Shown here in pieces: positions 11,261-22,622 of a DNA stretch of 64,000 nucleotides. The translations under genes were made by a program, and so were the position numbers. Position 1 is the first letter of the stretch; every line of letters begins with the position of its first letter. This DNA is from an uncultured Rhizobiaceae bacterium (GTDB taxonomy: Bacteria; Pseudomonadota; Alphaproteobacteria; Rhizobiales; Rhizobiaceae). The stretch lies in NCBI GenBank assembly GCA_964249395.1, contig CAXUCL010000001.1, positions 48,118 through 112,117 on the forward strand. The letters are read 5' to 3'. Under the pieces are notes generated by a model, which saw nothing but the letters and a program-made list of their open reading frames with translations, did no database searches and was not told the origin of the DNA.

Positions 11261-11764
11261 GTGTCCGAGGAAAGCGCGTCGCGCCCGCCCGTCCGCCCCG
11301 CCAACAAGCGCGGGGCGGCGCGGCTCGCCGCCGTGCAGGCGCTCTACCAGATGGACATCGGCGGCACCGGCCTGCTGGAAACGGTCGCCGAATACGAGAC
11401 GACGCGGCTCGGGCAGGAGATCGACGGCGAGACCTATCGGGAAGCGGACGCGGCTTGGTTCCGCGACATCGTATCGGGCGTGGTGCGGGCGCAGAAATCG
11501 ATCGATCCGTTGATCCACACGTCGCTGACGGCCGACTGGCCGCTGTCGCGCCTCGACACGACGCTGCGGGCGATCATGCGGGCAGGCGCCTACGAACTCA
11601 TGAACCGCAAGGACGTGCCGACGGCCGTGATCGTCACCGAATACGTCGACGTGGCGAAGGCGTTCTTCGGCGAAGAAGAACCCCGGCTCGTGAACGCGGT
11701 GCTCGACCGTCTCGCGCGCCGCCTGCGCGGCGAGGGGCGCGGCACCAACCCCTCGGAAGGCTGA
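11261..11764 (+). CDS. nusB: Transcription antitermination factor NusB
   Basis: [47 protein letters not shown]; GTG start. Confidence 0.95.
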   Translation: MSEESASRPPVRPANKRGAARLAAVQALYQMDIGGTGLLETVAEYETTRLGQEIDGETYREADAAWFRDIVSGVVRAQKSIDPLIHTSLTADWPLSRLDTTLRAIMRAGAYELMNRKDVPTAVIVTEYVDVAKAFFGEEEPRLVNAVLDRLARRLRGEGRGTNPSEG

Positions 11765-11786
11765 CGGACTCGCGCGCCGCCGCCGC

Positions 11787-11814
11787 TTGACGCGGCGGAG
11801 CCCATGGCTAAACC
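11787..11814 (+). promoter_or_regulatory. Putative sigma70 promoter of hppA
   Basis: TTGACG-N16-TAAACC about 100 bp upstream of the hppA start. Confidence 0.45.
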
Positions 11815-11914
11815 TCCGCTCCGCAATGCGCGGGCGCTCGGGATGGGGCGAGTCGACGCGCGGGGAGGGGAACGCCCGGACGGCGAAATCGCCGCCGGGT
11901 GACAAGGGGACGCA

Positions 11915-14068
11915 ATGTCGACAGCGCTGGTTATCGTGATCCTCTGCGGGGCGTTGTCTCTCGCCTATGCGGGGTGGGCCACCCGTTCGGTGCTCGCCGC
12001 CGACCAAGGCTCGGCGCGAATGCAGGAGATCGCCGGCGCGATCCGGGAAGGCGCGCAGGCCTTCCTGGTCCGTCAGTACACGACGATCGCGATCGTCGGC
12101 ACCGTGGTGTTCCTCGGCACTTGGGGCCTGCTGTCGATCCAGGCGGCCATCGGCTTCCTCATCGGCGCCGTGTTGTCGGGCATCGCCGGCTTCGTCGGAA
12201 TGAACGTCTCGGTCCGCGCCAACGTGCGCACCGCCCAGGCCGCGTCGCGCTCGCTCGCCGCGGGCCTCGGCATCGCCTTCAAGTCCGGCGCCATCACCGG
12301 CATGCTGGTCGCCGGTCTCGCCCTGATCGGCGTTTCCGGATACTTCCTCATCCTCACCGGGAACGACGGCTACGGCTACGCGCCGTCCGACCGCGTGGTG
12401 ATCGACAGCCTCGTCTCGCTCGGCTTCGGCGCCTCGCTCATCTCGATCTTCGCCCGTCTCGGCGGCGGCATCTTCACCAAGGGCGCCGACGTCGGCGGCG
12501 ACCTCGTCGGCAAGGTCGAGGCCGGCATTCCGGAGGACGACCCGCGCAACCCGGCGACCATCGCCGACAACGTGGGCGACAACGTCGGCGATTGCGCCGG
12601 CATGGCCGCCGACCTGTTCGAGACCTACGCGGTGACCGTGGTCGCGACCATGGTGCTCGGCGCGATCTTCTTCGCCAGTTCGCCCGTCGTCGGCACGATG
12701 ATGCTTTATCCGCTGGCGATCTGCGCAGCCTGCATCGTCACCTCCATCGTCGGCACGTTCTTCGTGCGCCTGGGCCGCAACGGCTCGATCATGGGCGCGC
12801 TCTACAAGGGCCTTTGGGTGACGACGCTCCTGTCCGTCGTCGGCATCGCGCTCGCGACCTACCTGACGGTCGGCTTCGGCACCGTCGGCGATCCCGGCGC
12901 GACCACGGTCTCGGGCATCAACCTGCTGATCTGCGGCGTCATCGGCCTCATCGTGACGGGCCTCATCGTCTTCATCACCGAATACTACACCGGCATCGGC
13001 TACCGGCCGGTGCGCTCCATCAGCCAGGCCTCCGTGTCCGGCCACGGCACGAACGTCATCCAGGGCCTCGCCGTCTCGCTGGAGTCCACGGCGCTGCCGA
13101 CGATCGTCATCATCGGCGGCATCATCTCGACGTTCCAGCTCGCGGGCCTCTACGGCACGGGCATCGCGGTGACGGCCATGCTCGGCCTCGCCGGCATGAT
13201 CGTCGCGCTCGACGCCTTCGGACCGGTAACAGACAACGCCGGCGGCATCGCCGAGATGGCGGGTCTCGACCCGGACGTGCGCAAGTCGACCGACGCGCTC
13301 GACGCGGTTGGCAACACGACGAAGGCGGTGACGAAGGGCTACGCCATCGGGTCGGCGGGCCTCGGCGCCCTCGTGCTGTTCGCCGCCTACAATTACGACC
13401 TGCAGTTCTTCGTGCAGCAGGCGGAGGCCGGCAACGGCTTCACCTACTTCCGGGGCGTGCGGCCGGATTTCTCTCTGACCAATCCGTTCGTCGTGGTCGG
13501 TCTCCTGATCGGCGGCCTCATCCCGTATCTGTTCGGCGGCATCGCCATGACGGCGGTCGGTCGCGCGGCGAGTGCGGTGGTGGAGGAGGTCCGCCTGCAG
13601 TTTCGCGAGCGTCCCGGCATCATGGCGGGCACGGAGCGGCCGGATTACGCCCGCGCCGTCGACATGCTGACGCGCGCGGCCATCCGCGAGATGATCGTGC
13701 CCTCGCTCCTGCCGGTGCTCGCGCCGATCGTCGTCTACTTCTCGGTGCTGCTGATCGCCGACAAGAGCCAGGCTTTCTCGGCGCTCGGGGCGATGCTGCT
13801 CGGCGTCATCGTCACCGGCCTGTTCGTCGCCATCTCGATGACCTCGGGCGGCGGCGCCTGGGACAACGCGAAGAAGAGCTTCGAGGATGGCTTCGTCGAC
13901 GCGGCCGGCGTCCGTCACATGAAGGGCTCGGAGGCACACAAGGCCTCCGTCACCGGCGACACGGTCGGCGATCCCTACAAGGATACCGCCGGCCCGGCGG
14001 TGAACCCGGCGATCAAGATCACCAACATCGTCGCCCTGCTGCTGCTGGCGGTCTTGTCGCACGGCTGA
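11915..14068 (+). CDS. hppA: Membrane-bound H+-translocating pyrophosphatase, K+-independent type
   Basis: [38 protein letters not shown] has Lys at the position diagnostic for K+ independence. Confidence 0.96.
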   Translation: MSTALVIVILCGALSLAYAGWATRSVLAADQGSARMQEIAGAIREGAQAFLVRQYTTIAIVGTVVFLGTWGLLSIQAAIGFLIGAVLSGIAGFVGMNVSVRANVRTAQAASRSLAAGLGIAFKSGAITGMLVAGLALIGVSGYFLILTGNDGYGYAPSDRVVIDSLVSLGFGASLISIFARLGGGIFTKGADVGGDLVGKVEAGIPEDDPRNPATIADNVGDNVGDCAGMAADLFETYAVTVVATMVLGAIFFASSPVVGTMMLYPLAICAACIVTSIVGTFFVRLGRNGSIMGALYKGLWVTTLLSVVGIALATYLTVGFGTVGDPGATTVSGINLLICGVIGLIVTGLIVFITEYYTGIGYRPVRSISQASVSGHGTNVIQGLAVSLESTALPTIVIIGGIISTFQLAGLYGTGIAVTAMLGLAGMIVALDAFGPVTDNAGGIAEMAGLDPDVRKSTDALDAVGNTTKAVTKGYAIGSAGLGALVLFAAYNYDLQFFVQQAEAGNGFTYFRGVRPDFSLTNPFVVVGLLIGGLIPYLFGGIAMTAVGRAASAVVEEVRLQFRERPGIMAGTERPDYARAVDMLTRAAIREMIVPSLLPVLAPIVVYFSVLLIADKSQAFSALGAMLLGVIVTGLFVAISMTSGGGAWDNAKKSFEDGFVDAAGVRHMKGSEAHKASVTGDTVGDPYKDTAGPAVNPAIKITNIVALLLLAVLSHG

Positions 14069-14091
14069 GCCGGGCATTACCGACGCATACG

Positions 14092-14132
14092 AAAACACCC
14101 GCTGGGATCGCTCCCGGCGGGTGCTTGATTTT
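14092..14132. terminator. Bidirectional terminator between convergent hppA and bamE
   Basis: CACCCGCTGGGA-TCGC-TCCCGGCGGGTG hairpin with AAAA on the left and TTGATTTT on the right. Confidence 0.7.
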
Positions 14133-14159
14133 GCTGGCGCTACTCGTCTTCGGTTGCCG

Positions 14160-14657
14160 TCACCCGCCCGCTGGGCGGTTCGGGTCGGCGCCCGCGCCGG
14201 TGTTCGCTCCGCCGACGCTCGCCGGGGTGCCACCGGGTTGCAGGATCTGGCCGAGGAAGCTCACGTCCTTGCCGCCGGTCGGAGTCGTGCGCGAGATGAA
14301 GTCGAACAGACGGCCGTTCTGCAGACCGTAATTGGCGATCTGGGTCACCGTGTCGTCCGGACCGAAGTAGATGGCCAGCACTCGCTGGTCGACGATGCGC
14401 GGATTGAGGAAGGCGACGGGGCGGACGCGCTTCTGCGAGATGTAGTAGAACACCTCGTTGTCGAAGGTCGCCTTCGTGGATGGGGTGCCGAGCGCGGTCA
14501 GGACCTGCTCGCGGCTGGAGCCGACGGGCACGAGTTGGATCGTCTGCTCGTCGACGATGTAGCCCTGGTTCAGGACTTCTTGGGTGTTGCAGCCGCCGGC
14601 CGCCACGAGCGCAACCAGTCCGGCGCAAAGAACGATCGAACGGTGGCTGCGACTCAA
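14160..14657 (-). CDS. bamE: Outer membrane protein assembly lipoprotein BamE (OmlA/SmpA)
   Basis: Lipobox-like AGGC; GSSREQVLTALGTPS, FYYISQ, DQRVLAIYF; TTG start. Confidence 0.9.
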   Translation of the reverse strand: MSRSHRSIVLCAGLVALVAAGGCNTQEVLNQGYIVDEQTIQLVPVGSSREQVLTALGTPSTKATFDNEVFYYISQKRVRPVAFLNPRIVDQRVLAIYFGPDDTVTQIANYGLQNGRLFDFISRTTPTGGKDVSFLGQILQPGGTPASVGGANTGAGADPNRPAGG

Positions 14658-14828
14658 GATCCCGTCTCCTCATGAACCTGGGATGGCCGAATAGAAGGCC
14701 ACCGCGTCGCAATCGCGACGCCCGATCCGTTCGCGCCGGAAAGCGGTGCCGCCTCCTAATCCAGTCCCGTCATTGTTGCAATCGTGCCGCAGTCGTGCGA
14801 CCCCGCCCGTCCACAACGGTGAGCGTTC

Positions 14829-15362
14829 ATGCTGTCCCGCTTCAAGATCCGCAACCGGAACCGCGCGATCGTCGATGCGCTCTACGCCGGGATCGTCGCG
14901 CGCTCGCGAACGTCGGAACTGTTCGCCGGCTTCGGCATCCCGGACACGGTGATGGGACGCTACGAGTCGCTGATGATCCACGTGCTGCTGGCGCTGTCGC
15001 GCTGCCGAAACGATGCGGCGACGGCCGCGCCGGCGCAGGACCTCGTCGACCGTTTCATGACCGACATCGAGGACTCGATCCGGCAGATCGGCATCGGCGA
15101 CGTGGCGGTGCCCAAACGCATGCGCAAGCTCGCCGGCATGTTCTACCAGCGTGTGGACGCCTACGACGCGCCGCTTCGGAATGGCGACGAAACCGCTTTG
15201 AGCGCCGCGCTCACGCGCCTCGCGCTCGCCGAGGCCGCGCCGGCCGAGAGCGATCCGCGAGCGCTTGCCACCTATATGATCCAGACCCGCGCCGAGCTGG
15301 ACCTAGTGCCGACGGAACGGATCCTCGCCGGGCAGCTGTTTGCCGAAAGCGATCCGGCATGA
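14829..15362 (+). CDS. Ubiquinol-cytochrome c chaperone (Cbp3 family)
   Basis: GIPDTVMGRYE.LMIHV, GIGDVAVPKRMRKLA..FY.R..AY; usual position divergent from bamE. Confidence 0.88.
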   Translation: MLSRFKIRNRNRAIVDALYAGIVARSRTSELFAGFGIPDTVMGRYESLMIHVLLALSRCRNDAATAAPAQDLVDRFMTDIEDSIRQIGIGDVAVPKRMRKLAGMFYQRVDAYDAPLRNGDETALSAALTRLALAEAAPAESDPRALATYMIQTRAELDLVPTERILAGQLFAESDPA

Positions 15363-15913
15363 AAGGCAATCCCAAGACCGCGGAAGGCGGTGAGCTCGAC
15401 CTGACGGTCGCCGTTTCCCGCCTGCCGGATGCCGGGTTGCCGATCCGGTTGGAAGCGGATGCGGCGAGCCGCGAGGCCGTGGCGCGTCGGCTCGGTCTCG
15501 TCGGCATCGGTCGCCTCGTCGCCGATCTGGTCGCTTCGCGCTGGCAAGGCGAGGGGGTGCTGTTGGTCGGCGCGCTGGAAGCCGACGTCGTGCAGACCGA
15601 CGTCGTCACGCTCGATCCGCTTCCGCAGTCCGTGACGGAGGAGGTGCGCCTACGCTTCGTGCCCGAGCATTCCCGTCTGGCGCCGGCCGGGTTCGAGCCC
15701 GGCGCCGAGGTCGAGGTGGACCCGGCCGCCGAGGAGATCGAGACGTTCAACGGCGATCGGATCGACCTCGGCGAGGCGATTGTGCAGCTTTTGGGCGTCG
15801 CGCTCGATCCGTATCCGCGGCGAAGCGGCGTCGCGTTCGACGGGGTGCAGGACGGCGAGCCGGAGCCGTCGCCTTTCGCCGTGCTGGCCAAGCTTCGATC
15901 CGGCAAGGATTGA
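15359..15913 (+). CDS. DUF177/YceD family protein
   Basis: [18 protein letters not shown]....[22 protein letters not shown] overlaps the upstream stop; lies upstream of plsX. Confidence 0.85.
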   Translation: MKGNPKTAEGGELDLTVAVSRLPDAGLPIRLEADAASREAVARRLGLVGIGRLVADLVASRWQGEGVLLVGALEADVVQTDVVTLDPLPQSVTEEVRLRFVPEHSRLAPAGFEPGAEVEVDPAAEEIETFNGDRIDLGEAIVQLLGVALDPYPRRSGVAFDGVQDGEPEPSPFAVLAKLRSGKD

Positions 15914-16067
15914 TGCCGGTCACGCGTCGCCGAGCAGCGGACGGTTGCCGCACGGCCGAAATGGTCTAAGGAACGGCCGTGAACCGTCATCGCGCGAAGG
16001 CGCCGCGAAAAGGTCGGCTTGCCGCGGCAAGAGCCGCGCCGGTCGCAAACTCGAAAGCAGGTTCGCG

Positions 16068-17147
16068 TTGAGTTCCATCCCAGGGGTGACGATCTCTCTC
16101 GACGCGATGGGCGGTGACCATGGTCCGTCGGTCGTGCTTCCCGGTGCCGCCCTGTCGCTGCAACGGCGGCCGACAACGCGCTTTCTCGTGTTCGGTCGGG
16201 AAGCCGAAGTCCTGCCGATCCTTGATGGCCTGCCGCAGCTGAAGTCGGCGACGACGTTCCAGCATTGCGAAGTCTCGATCCGGATGGACGAGCGTCCGAG
16301 TCAGGCGCTGCGCCAAGGCCGCCACCGCTCCTCCATGTGGCGAACGGTGGAGGCGGTGAAGACGGGTGAAGCGGCGGTCGCGGTCTCGGCCGGCAACACG
16401 GGCGCCTTGATGGCCATGGCGAAGTTCTGCCTGCGCACGATGGCGACGGTGGAACGGCCGGCGATCGCGGCGATCTGGCCGACGCTGCGCGGCGAGAGCG
16501 TCGTGCTCGACGTCGGCGCGACCATCGGGGCCGACGCGCAGCAACTCGTCGACTTCTCCCTGATGGGCGCCGCGATGGCTCGCGCCCTGTTCGGCACCGA
16601 GCGTCCGACGGTCGGACTGCTGAACGTCGGCGTCGAGGAGGTGAAGGGACAGGACGAGGTGCGCGAAGCCGCCCGCTTCCTGAAGGAGACCCCCATCGCG
16701 GGTCTCGACTATCGCGGGTTCGTCGAGGGCGACGACCTCGGCAAGGGCACGGTCGACGTGGTGGTGACGGAAGGGTTCACCGGCAACGTCGCGTTGAAGA
16801 CGGCGGAAGGAACGGCGAAGCAGATCGGCGGCTACCTGCGGGCGGCGATGTCGCAGACGTTCATGGCACGGCTCGGCTACTTCTTCGCGAAGCGAGCCTT
16901 CGACCGGCTGCGCGACCGGATGGACCCGCGCAAGGTCAACGGCGGCGTGTTCCTCGGTTTGAACGGCATCGTCGTCAAGAGCCATGGCGGCACGGACGCG
17001 GAAGGCACGGCGGCGGCAATCGACCTCGCTTGCTCGATGGCGGAGAACGGCTTGCTCGGCAAGATCGAGGACGCCTTGCGCCTTTACAACGAGCGCATGG
17101 GCGCGGAGCCGCAGCCCGTCGCCGCGATCGCGCCGGAGACGATATGA
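16068..17147 (+). CDS. plsX: Phosphate acyltransferase PlsX
   Basis: [34 protein letters not shown]. Start uncertain (TTG 16068 or GTG 16086). Confidence 0.95.
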   Translation: MSSIPGVTISLDAMGGDHGPSVVLPGAALSLQRRPTTRFLVFGREAEVLPILDGLPQLKSATTFQHCEVSIRMDERPSQALRQGRHRSSMWRTVEAVKTGEAAVAVSAGNTGALMAMAKFCLRTMATVERPAIAAIWPTLRGESVVLDVGATIGADAQQLVDFSLMGAAMARALFGTERPTVGLLNVGVEEVKGQDEVREAARFLKETPIAGLDYRGFVEGDDLGKGTVDVVVTEGFTGNVALKTAEGTAKQIGGYLRAAMSQTFMARLGYFFAKRAFDRLRDRMDPRKVNGGVFLGLNGIVVKSHGGTDAEGTAAAIDLACSMAENGLLGKIEDALRLYNERMGAEPQPVAAIAPETI

Positions 17148-18118
17148 TGGACGCAGGCCACTCCGTGATCCTTGGGACGGGTTCGGCACTTCCCAAGCGT
17201 GTCGTGACCAACCTCGACCTCGAGAAGCGGATCGAGACCAGCGACGAATGGATCGCGCAGCGCACCGGCATCCGGCAGCGCTACGTCGCCGCCGAGGGCG
17301 AGACCACCGTTTCGCTCGGCGAGGCGGCCGCGCGCCGCGCGCTCGACGCCGCAGGCCTCGGAACCGCCGACATCGACCTCGTGATCCTCGCGACGGCGAC
17401 GCCGAACAACACGTTCCCGGCGTCCGCCGTTCAGGTGCAGCGCCGCCTCGGCATCACGCGCGGCTTCGCTTTCGATATCCAGGCCGTCTGCTCGGGGTTC
17501 GTCTACGCCCTGACGACGGCCGACCTGTATCTTCGCGCCGGCATGGCGCAGCGCGCTCTCGTGATCGGCTCGGAGACCTTCTCGCGCATCGTCGACTGGG
17601 AGGACAGGACGACCTGCGTGCTGTTCGGCGACGGTGCCGGGGCGGTCGTGCTCGCGCGCCCGGACGGGTCCGACCGCGAACGCGGCATTCTCGTTTCCAA
17701 GCTGCGCGCCGACGGCAGCCACGAGGAGAAATTGTTCGTCGACGGCGGTCCGTCCACGACGGGCACGGTCGGCAAGCTTCGCATGGAAGGCCGCGAAGTC
17801 TTCAAGCACGCCGTTTCCATGATCACCGACGTCGTCGAGGAGTCCCTCGCGGCGACGGGCCTTTCGCCGGACGACATCGACTGGTTCGTGCCGCACCAAG
17901 CCAACCGGCGCATCATTGAGGCGTCCGCGAAGAAGCTCGGCATACCGATCGAGAAGGTCGTGATGACGGTTGCCGACCATGGCAACACGTCGGCCGCCTC
18001 GATCCCGCTGGCGCTCGACACGGCCGCGCGGGACGGCCGCATCAAGCGCGGCGACCTCGTGCTCCTGGAAGCGATGGGCGGCGGTTTCACGTGGGGCGCG
18101 GTGCTGGTGCGCTGGTGA
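17144..18118 (+). CDS. fabH: Beta-ketoacyl-ACP synthase III
   Basis: QAVCSGF (catalytic Cys), [29 protein letters not shown]. Confidence 0.97.
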   Translation: MMDAGHSVILGTGSALPKRVVTNLDLEKRIETSDEWIAQRTGIRQRYVAAEGETTVSLGEAAARRALDAAGLGTADIDLVILATATPNNTFPASAVQVQRRLGITRGFAFDIQAVCSGFVYALTTADLYLRAGMAQRALVIGSETFSRIVDWEDRTTCVLFGDGAGAVVLARPDGSDRERGILVSKLRADGSHEEKLFVDGGPSTTGTVGKLRMEGREVFKHAVSMITDVVEESLAATGLSPDDIDWFVPHQANRRIIEASAKKLGIPIEKVVMTVADHGNTSAASIPLALDTAARDGRIKRGDLVLLEAMGGGFTWGAVLVRW

Positions 18119-18164
18119 TGCCCCGACGCGTCGGACGCCCTCTCGTCGCACCGTTCGCGTTTCG

Positions 18165-18177
18165 CAAAATCTTGATT
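18165..18177 (-). promoter_or_regulatory. IHF consensus site upstream of ihfA
   Basis: Minus strand reads AATCAAGATTTTG, an exact match to WATCAANNNNTTR. Confidence 0.5.
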
Positions 18178-18265
18178 AACGAACCGGTTCAAGTATCCTT
18201 CCGCCGACTGCTGGCCGTCCGCCGCGTTGGGGAACGACGCGACGGCCTCGGACAAGGGGATGGGC

Positions 18266-18613
18266 ATGAGCAATCGGACGATCACGCGTGCCGATTTGTC
18301 GGAGGCGGTGTTCCGCAAGATCGGTTTGTCGCGGACGGAGTCGGCCTCGCTCGTGGAGATGGTGCTGGAGGAGATGTGCGCGACGATCGCGCGCGGCGAG
18401 TCCGTCAAGATCTCGTCCTTCGGGTCCTTTCTCGTGCGCGAGAAGAACGAGCGGGTCGGCCGCAACCCCAAAACCGGCGAGGAGGTGCCCATCCTTCCGC
18501 GCCGGGTGACCGTATTCAAGCCGTCCAACGTCATGAAGGACCGCATCCTGGACGCCCATTCGCGCCGGTCGGACGGCGGAACCGGTTCGCCCGTGCTGAA
18601 GGCGGCCGAGTAG
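18266..18613 (+). CDS. ihfA: Integration host factor subunit alpha
   Basis: [40 protein letters not shown]. Confidence 0.96.
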   Translation: MSNRTITRADLSEAVFRKIGLSRTESASLVEMVLEEMCATIARGESVKISSFGSFLVREKNERVGRNPKTGEEVPILPRRVTVFKPSNVMKDRILDAHSRRSDGGTGSPVLKAAE

Positions 18614-18656
18614 CGGCGGCACCGACCTTTTCCCCGGTTCGGAGGCTGCGGGAACC

Positions 18657-19214
18657 ATGAGCGACAAGAGCGTCGACGCTTTCCGCACGATCAGCGAGGT
18701 CGCGGAAGATCTGGACTTGCCGCAGCACGTCCTGCGGTTCTGGGAAACCCGCTTCGCGCAGATCAAGCCGCTGAAGCGCGGCGGCGGCCGCCGTTACTAC
18801 CGGCGCGAAGACGTCGAGCTCCTGAAGGGCATCCGCTACCTGCTCTACGTACGGGGCTTCACGATCAAGGGGGTGCAGCGCATCCTGCGCGAAAGCGGCA
18901 GCCGCTTCGTCGTCGGCGTCGGATCCGGCGACGTCGCCTCGCTCGACGCGATGCCGGCGGCCGCCGCCGCCGCGCGGCAGGCCGATGCGGACGGTGCGCC
19001 GGAGGAGACGAACGAACTGCCGGAAACCGAAGCGGACGCTTCCGTGCCGCATCGTTCGGAGCGTGGCGGGGGCATTTCCGCCCTGTTCCGACGCGATCGC
19101 GAAGCGGCGGGCGAGGGGACGGCGATCGGCCTGCCTCGGGAAAGCATATCGACGCTGCAGGACGTCTTGATCGAACTGTTGGAATGCAAGCGCCTGCTCG
19201 ACCAGTCGCGCTGA
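18657..19214 (+). CDS. MerR-like HTH protein downstream of ihfA (ZapT-like candidate)
   Basis: [47 protein letters not shown], then a low-complexity linker and a C-terminal leucine-rich helix; ihfA-MerR-tRNA-Pro order. Confidence 0.88.
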   Translation: MSDKSVDAFRTISEVAEDLDLPQHVLRFWETRFAQIKPLKRGGGRRYYRREDVELLKGIRYLLYVRGFTIKGVQRILRESGSRFVVGVGSGDVASLDAMPAAAAAARQADADGAPEETNELPETEADASVPHRSERGGGISALFRRDREAAGEGTAIGLPRESISTLQDVLIELLECKRLLDQSR

Positions 19215-19287
19215 CCGCGCAGCCTTTCCGGACCGATCACGTCGGGGATTGCGTCTTGCGCGCACATTCTCTACGGCTTTGGACGTT

Positions 19288-19364
19288 CGGAGCGTAGCGC
19301 AGCCTGGTAGCGCACTTGGATGGGGTCCAAGGGGTCGGAGGTTCGAATCCTCTCGCTCCGACCA
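19288..19364 (+). tRNA. tRNA-Pro (GGG)
   Basis: Cloverleaf: acceptor CGGAGCG/CGCTCCG, D-arm GCGC-AGCCTGGTA-GCGC, anticodon stem CTTGG/CCAAG with loop ATGGGGT, T-loop TTCGAAT, encoded CCA end. Confidence 0.97.
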
Positions 19365-19640
19365 ATCCCCTTAAAACGCAATATCCTTTCCAGCGATCGA
19401 ATAACGCGACCCGTTCTCCGCTGCCGGTCGATCGAGCGCTAAACGTTCGCCGAACGTCGCGCCAACGCGACGTCACGCCGGCGTTCGGACGACGTCAAAC
19501 CAACGATGCGTCGGCGAGGATGCAGTCGACTGTCGCTCGTCATCGGATTGAAGAAAATCCTGTCTAGAACGGTCGCGTTGACGGAACCGAAGGGTTTGGC
19601 TCCGGTTCTTTCGGATGGGGCGCCGGAAGGGGAGGATCGC

Positions 19641-19928
19641 GTGTTCGTAGTCCGCATTCAGAACGACGAAGCGACGATGTACCGGGCGTTTCGCCGCCTG
19701 CAGACCGCGCGGCGTTGGGCGGTCGAGTCCGACCATGGCTCGCACGATGCCATGTTCGACGTGTTCGCCGTCGAGGGGGTGGACGAGTCGAACGCGGCGG
19801 TGGCGGCGGCTCGATCGGGAAGCGCACGGCACGTCGTTCGCGCGGACCCGACCCTTACGCCGTTCCTGCCGACGCACGAGGCGATGGGCGACATCCGCTT
19901 CAGTCATTCGGCAGCGGCCGGCCGATAA
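19641..19928 (+). CDS. Hypothetical protein (about 95 aa)
   Basis: Strong RBS GGGGAGG just before GTG 19641; alpha/beta-looking sequence VFVVRIQNDEATMYRAFRRLQTARRWAV...; no family recognised. Confidence 0.55.
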   Translation: MFVVRIQNDEATMYRAFRRLQTARRWAVESDHGSHDAMFDVFAVEGVDESNAAVAAARSGSARHVVRADPTLTPFLPTHEAMGDIRFSHSAAAGR

Positions 19929-19999
19929 GGCGTCGCTGGAGACGGTCCTGAAGGCTTGGCCGACGGGCTGGCAAATTACAGGACGCGTCGGTCCTTCGG

Positions 20000-21595
20000 T
20001 CAGTAGGCGTTCTCGGTCTTGACGAGGCTGAGCGGGGTCTTCGCGAGGATAGCCAGATCGAGGAAGATCGACCAGTTCTCGATGTAAGCCAAATCGAACT
20101 CGAACCGCTTCCTGAGCTTTTCCGCTTGGTCGATCTCGCCCCGGTAGCCGTTGATCTGCGCCCAGCCCGTGATGCCGGGCTTGACGCGGTGGCGACCGAA
20201 ATAGCCGTCCACGAGCTCGATGAACGCCTCGTTGTTGCTGGACAGGGCGTTCACCGCGTGCGGACGAGGGCCGACGAGCGAAAGGTCGCCGCGCAACACG
20301 TTCCAAAGCTGCGGAAGTTCGTCGATCGACGACTTGCGGATGAAGCGACCGACCCGCGTTACACGCGGGTCGCCTTTCGTCACGACGCGCCGGGCCGTCG
20401 GGTCGGCCATTTCATGATACATCGAGCGGAACTTCAGCACCTCGATGATCTGGTTGTTGAAGCCGTGCCGCTTCTGCCTGAACAGCACGGGTCCTTTTGA
20501 TTCGAGCTTGATGGCGATCGCGGTCGCGACGCAGAGCGGCAGCGCGAGAAGCAACGCGACGCTCGCAAAACCGATGTCGAAGACCCGCTTGGCGATGGCG
20601 TCCCATTCGGAGATCGGCTTATCGAAGATGTCGATCAGCGGAACGTCGCCGTTCTCCGACATCGGCTGCGATCCCCCGTCGGAACCTGACCGGTGCAGCG
20701 ACAGGCGGATGTCGATCGGCAGGATCCAGAGTTGCTGGAGGAGCTGAAGCAGGCGTTTCTCCGCCGTCGGAGGCAGCGTCACGATCAGGACGTCGATCCG
20801 CGCGTGACGGGTGAACTCGACCAACTCTCGGAAGTCGCCCAGCCGTCGACAGCCGGCGACGGAAACAGGCGAGCGACCACCGTCCCGGTCGTCAAAGATG
20901 CCGCAAACGCGAACGTCCCCGTCGGATCGTGCGCGCAAGCGACGGATCAGCGCTTCCACATGCGGTCCACCGCCGACGAGAACGGCGCGGCGCTCCAACC
21001 GGCCGTCTTCCGTCCATTGCCGGATACGCGCTCCGAACCCGACGCGCAGTGTGCAAAGCGCGCAAACGCCGGCGACATACCAGGCGGCGATCCAACGATA
21101 CGATATGCCTTCCTGCCCATCGGTCGCGACGAAGCCGACGGCGATGGCGGCGAGGACGATGGCCCAGCCGCCCGCGACGCGCGGAACCTGCTGCAAAGGG
21201 CGGCGAAGCATGGCGAACTCGTAGCCGCCCAGCGTCTGGATCGCCGCGACGCCGGCCGTCGCAGCGCCTATGGCGACGATGGCGTAGAGCGAGAGAAACT
21301 CGCGGGCGGAAGGCTCGTAGACCGCGGCGGAAACGATCGAGACTATCGCCAGTGCGATCAACTCGACGCCGCGCCACAGTCCGGCGAGCATGCTCGTCGA
21401 GAGGGTCTGGCTCGAAAGCCGACGTGCCATCCGGCTGGCGTCAGGGCCGAGAGCGGCCGGTGCAGTGCTTTTGAGCGGCGCGGACGACGGGCGGGCGATG
21501 GGCGAGGGCGCTGCCGCCAAAGGCGGAACAAGCTCGTCAAGCACGCGCCCGGTGTCGGAATGCGGATCGACCTGTCGGATTTGAAGCTGCGTCAC
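20000..21595 (-). CDS. Undecaprenyl-phosphate glucose phosphotransferase (WcaJ type; UppE/GmsA-like)
   Basis: N-terminal TMs and CoA-binding-like domain; [50 protein letters not shown]; C-terminal TENAY. Confidence 0.92.
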   Translation of the reverse strand: MTQLQIRQVDPHSDTGRVLDELVPPLAAAPSPIARPSSAPLKSTAPAALGPDASRMARRLSSQTLSTSMLAGLWRGVELIALAIVSIVSAAVYEPSAREFLSLYAIVAIGAATAGVAAIQTLGGYEFAMLRRPLQQVPRVAGGWAIVLAAIAVGFVATDGQEGISYRWIAAWYVAGVCALCTLRVGFGARIRQWTEDGRLERRAVLVGGGPHVEALIRRLRARSDGDVRVCGIFDDRDGGRSPVSVAGCRRLGDFRELVEFTRHARIDVLIVTLPPTAEKRLLQLLQQLWILPIDIRLSLHRSGSDGGSQPMSENGDVPLIDIFDKPISEWDAIAKRVFDIGFASVALLLALPLCVATAIAIKLESKGPVLFRQKRHGFNNQIIEVLKFRSMYHEMADPTARRVVTKGDPRVTRVGRFIRKSSIDELPQLWNVLRGDLSLVGPRPHAVNALSSNNEAFIELVDGYFGRHRVKPGITGWAQINGYRGEIDQAEKLRKRFEFDLAYIENWSIFLDLAILAKTPLSLVKTENAY

Positions 21596-21972
21596 GTCGC
21601 GGGTCCAAACTCGGTCTTACCGGCGTGGCGCGGTGCGACGGGTGAAACTAGCGCGCTTGAAGTTGCCGTGACCAATCTGTCGTGACGCGAGGCGGACGGC
21701 ATGGGTCGATGCGCCGATCATGTGTGTCCGCCCCAACCGGGCGCGGAAACCACGCGCTGCCGGCTTGTGATCCATGGATTGCTCTACGGACCGGACGCTA
21801 CGTCAAATATCTTTCGGATTCCTGCCTTGGGCAGGTTCAAAGCCTTTGATCCGCGCCGAACCTAACTCTCCCGCCGATGCGGACTTGCCGATGCGTCGGC
21901 GCGCTTGAGCTTTGTCGCCATCGCTCGGCCGAGCGATGCCAGCGTTGGCCAAGCGCCGGCTCGAAGCGACGT

Positions 21973-22542
21973 CTAGAACCAGCGTTCGCGGATCGAGATC
22001 GTGTCGCCGGGCTGGATCGGGTTCGTGATCGGGACGCGTCCGGCGACGATCTTGCCGCTCACCTGCCGCGTCACGTCCACCATCCTGCGATCGGCGCGCG
22101 GCGTGAAGCCGCCGGCAATGGCGATGGCGTTCTGCACCGTCATGCCGGGCACGTAGCTATACTGGCCACCCTGGGTGACTTCGCCCATGACGAAGAAGGG
22201 GCGGTAGGTGTCGACCTCCACCGAAACGTCCGGATCGCGCAGGAAACCGTTCCGCAGTTTCTGCGCGATGCCGGTCTCGAGTTCCTCGGGCGTGCGTCCC
22301 CGCGCCGGCACGGAGCCGATCAGCGGCATGGAAATGGTACCGCCCTTGTCGATGGCGTAGGTGCTAGTCAAGCCGTCCTGTTCGAACACCGTGATCCGCA
22401 GCTTGTCACCGCTGTCGAGGCGATAGGGGGCGTTGAGCTGCTGGTGGAAGGCGGACGCCGCAGGCCGATGGTCGGCGCAGCTGGAGGTGAGAACGCAGAG
22501 CGCAACCGCCGTCGCAAGTCGCCGAACCCGCATCGAGCGCAC
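21973..22542 (-). CDS. Polysaccharide export lipoprotein (Wza/OPX; UppC-like)
   Basis: Lipobox TSSC; YRLDSGDKLRITVF, G.ISMPLIG.V, YRPFFVMGEV; SLBB domain. Confidence 0.9.
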   Translation of the reverse strand: MRSMRVRRLATAVALCVLTSSCADHRPAASAFHQQLNAPYRLDSGDKLRITVFEQDGLTSTYAIDKGGTISMPLIGSVPARGRTPEELETGIAQKLRNGFLRDPDVSVEVDTYRPFFVMGEVTQGGQYSYVPGMTVQNAIAIAGGFTPRADRRMVDVTRQVSGKIVAGRVPITNPIQPGDTISIRERWF

Positions 22543-22606
22543 ATCCCGTCCCGTGCCGACGCGTCCAGCCGCGCCGCTCCACGCGGGAAGTTATGGTTTC
22601 GTTAGG

Positions 22607-22622
22607 GTTAAGGTCGGGTTAA
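22607..22622. promoter_or_regulatory. Perfect CtrA box between the divergent export and co-polymerase genes
   Basis: GTTAA-GGTCGGG-TTAA, which reads TTAA-N7-TTAAC on the minus strand; extra half site GTTAACC at 22662-22668. Confidence 0.65.

Noticed and set aside
11045-14233. 1062-aa minus-strand ORF and similar long shadow ORFs (316-2550, 2877-4700, 30179-32401, 32417-34291, 36435-38333, 55215-57596)
   Set aside because: They are antisense or off-frame shadows of clear genes, expected in GC-rich DNA with few stop codons, and carry no domain motifs beyond the real gene ends some of them run into.
15914-16067. Absence of rpmF between the DUF177 gene and plsX
   Set aside because: Normal for Rhizobiales, where rpmF is located elsewhere.
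19320-19326. A32-U38 pair in the tRNA-Pro anticodon loop
   Set aside because: Ordinary feature of many bacterial tRNA-Pro(GGG) genes.
21596-21972. Glycosyltransferase (uppD) pseudogene remnant
   Set aside because: No recognisable GT motif found by eye; a BLASTX search would be needed to claim one.
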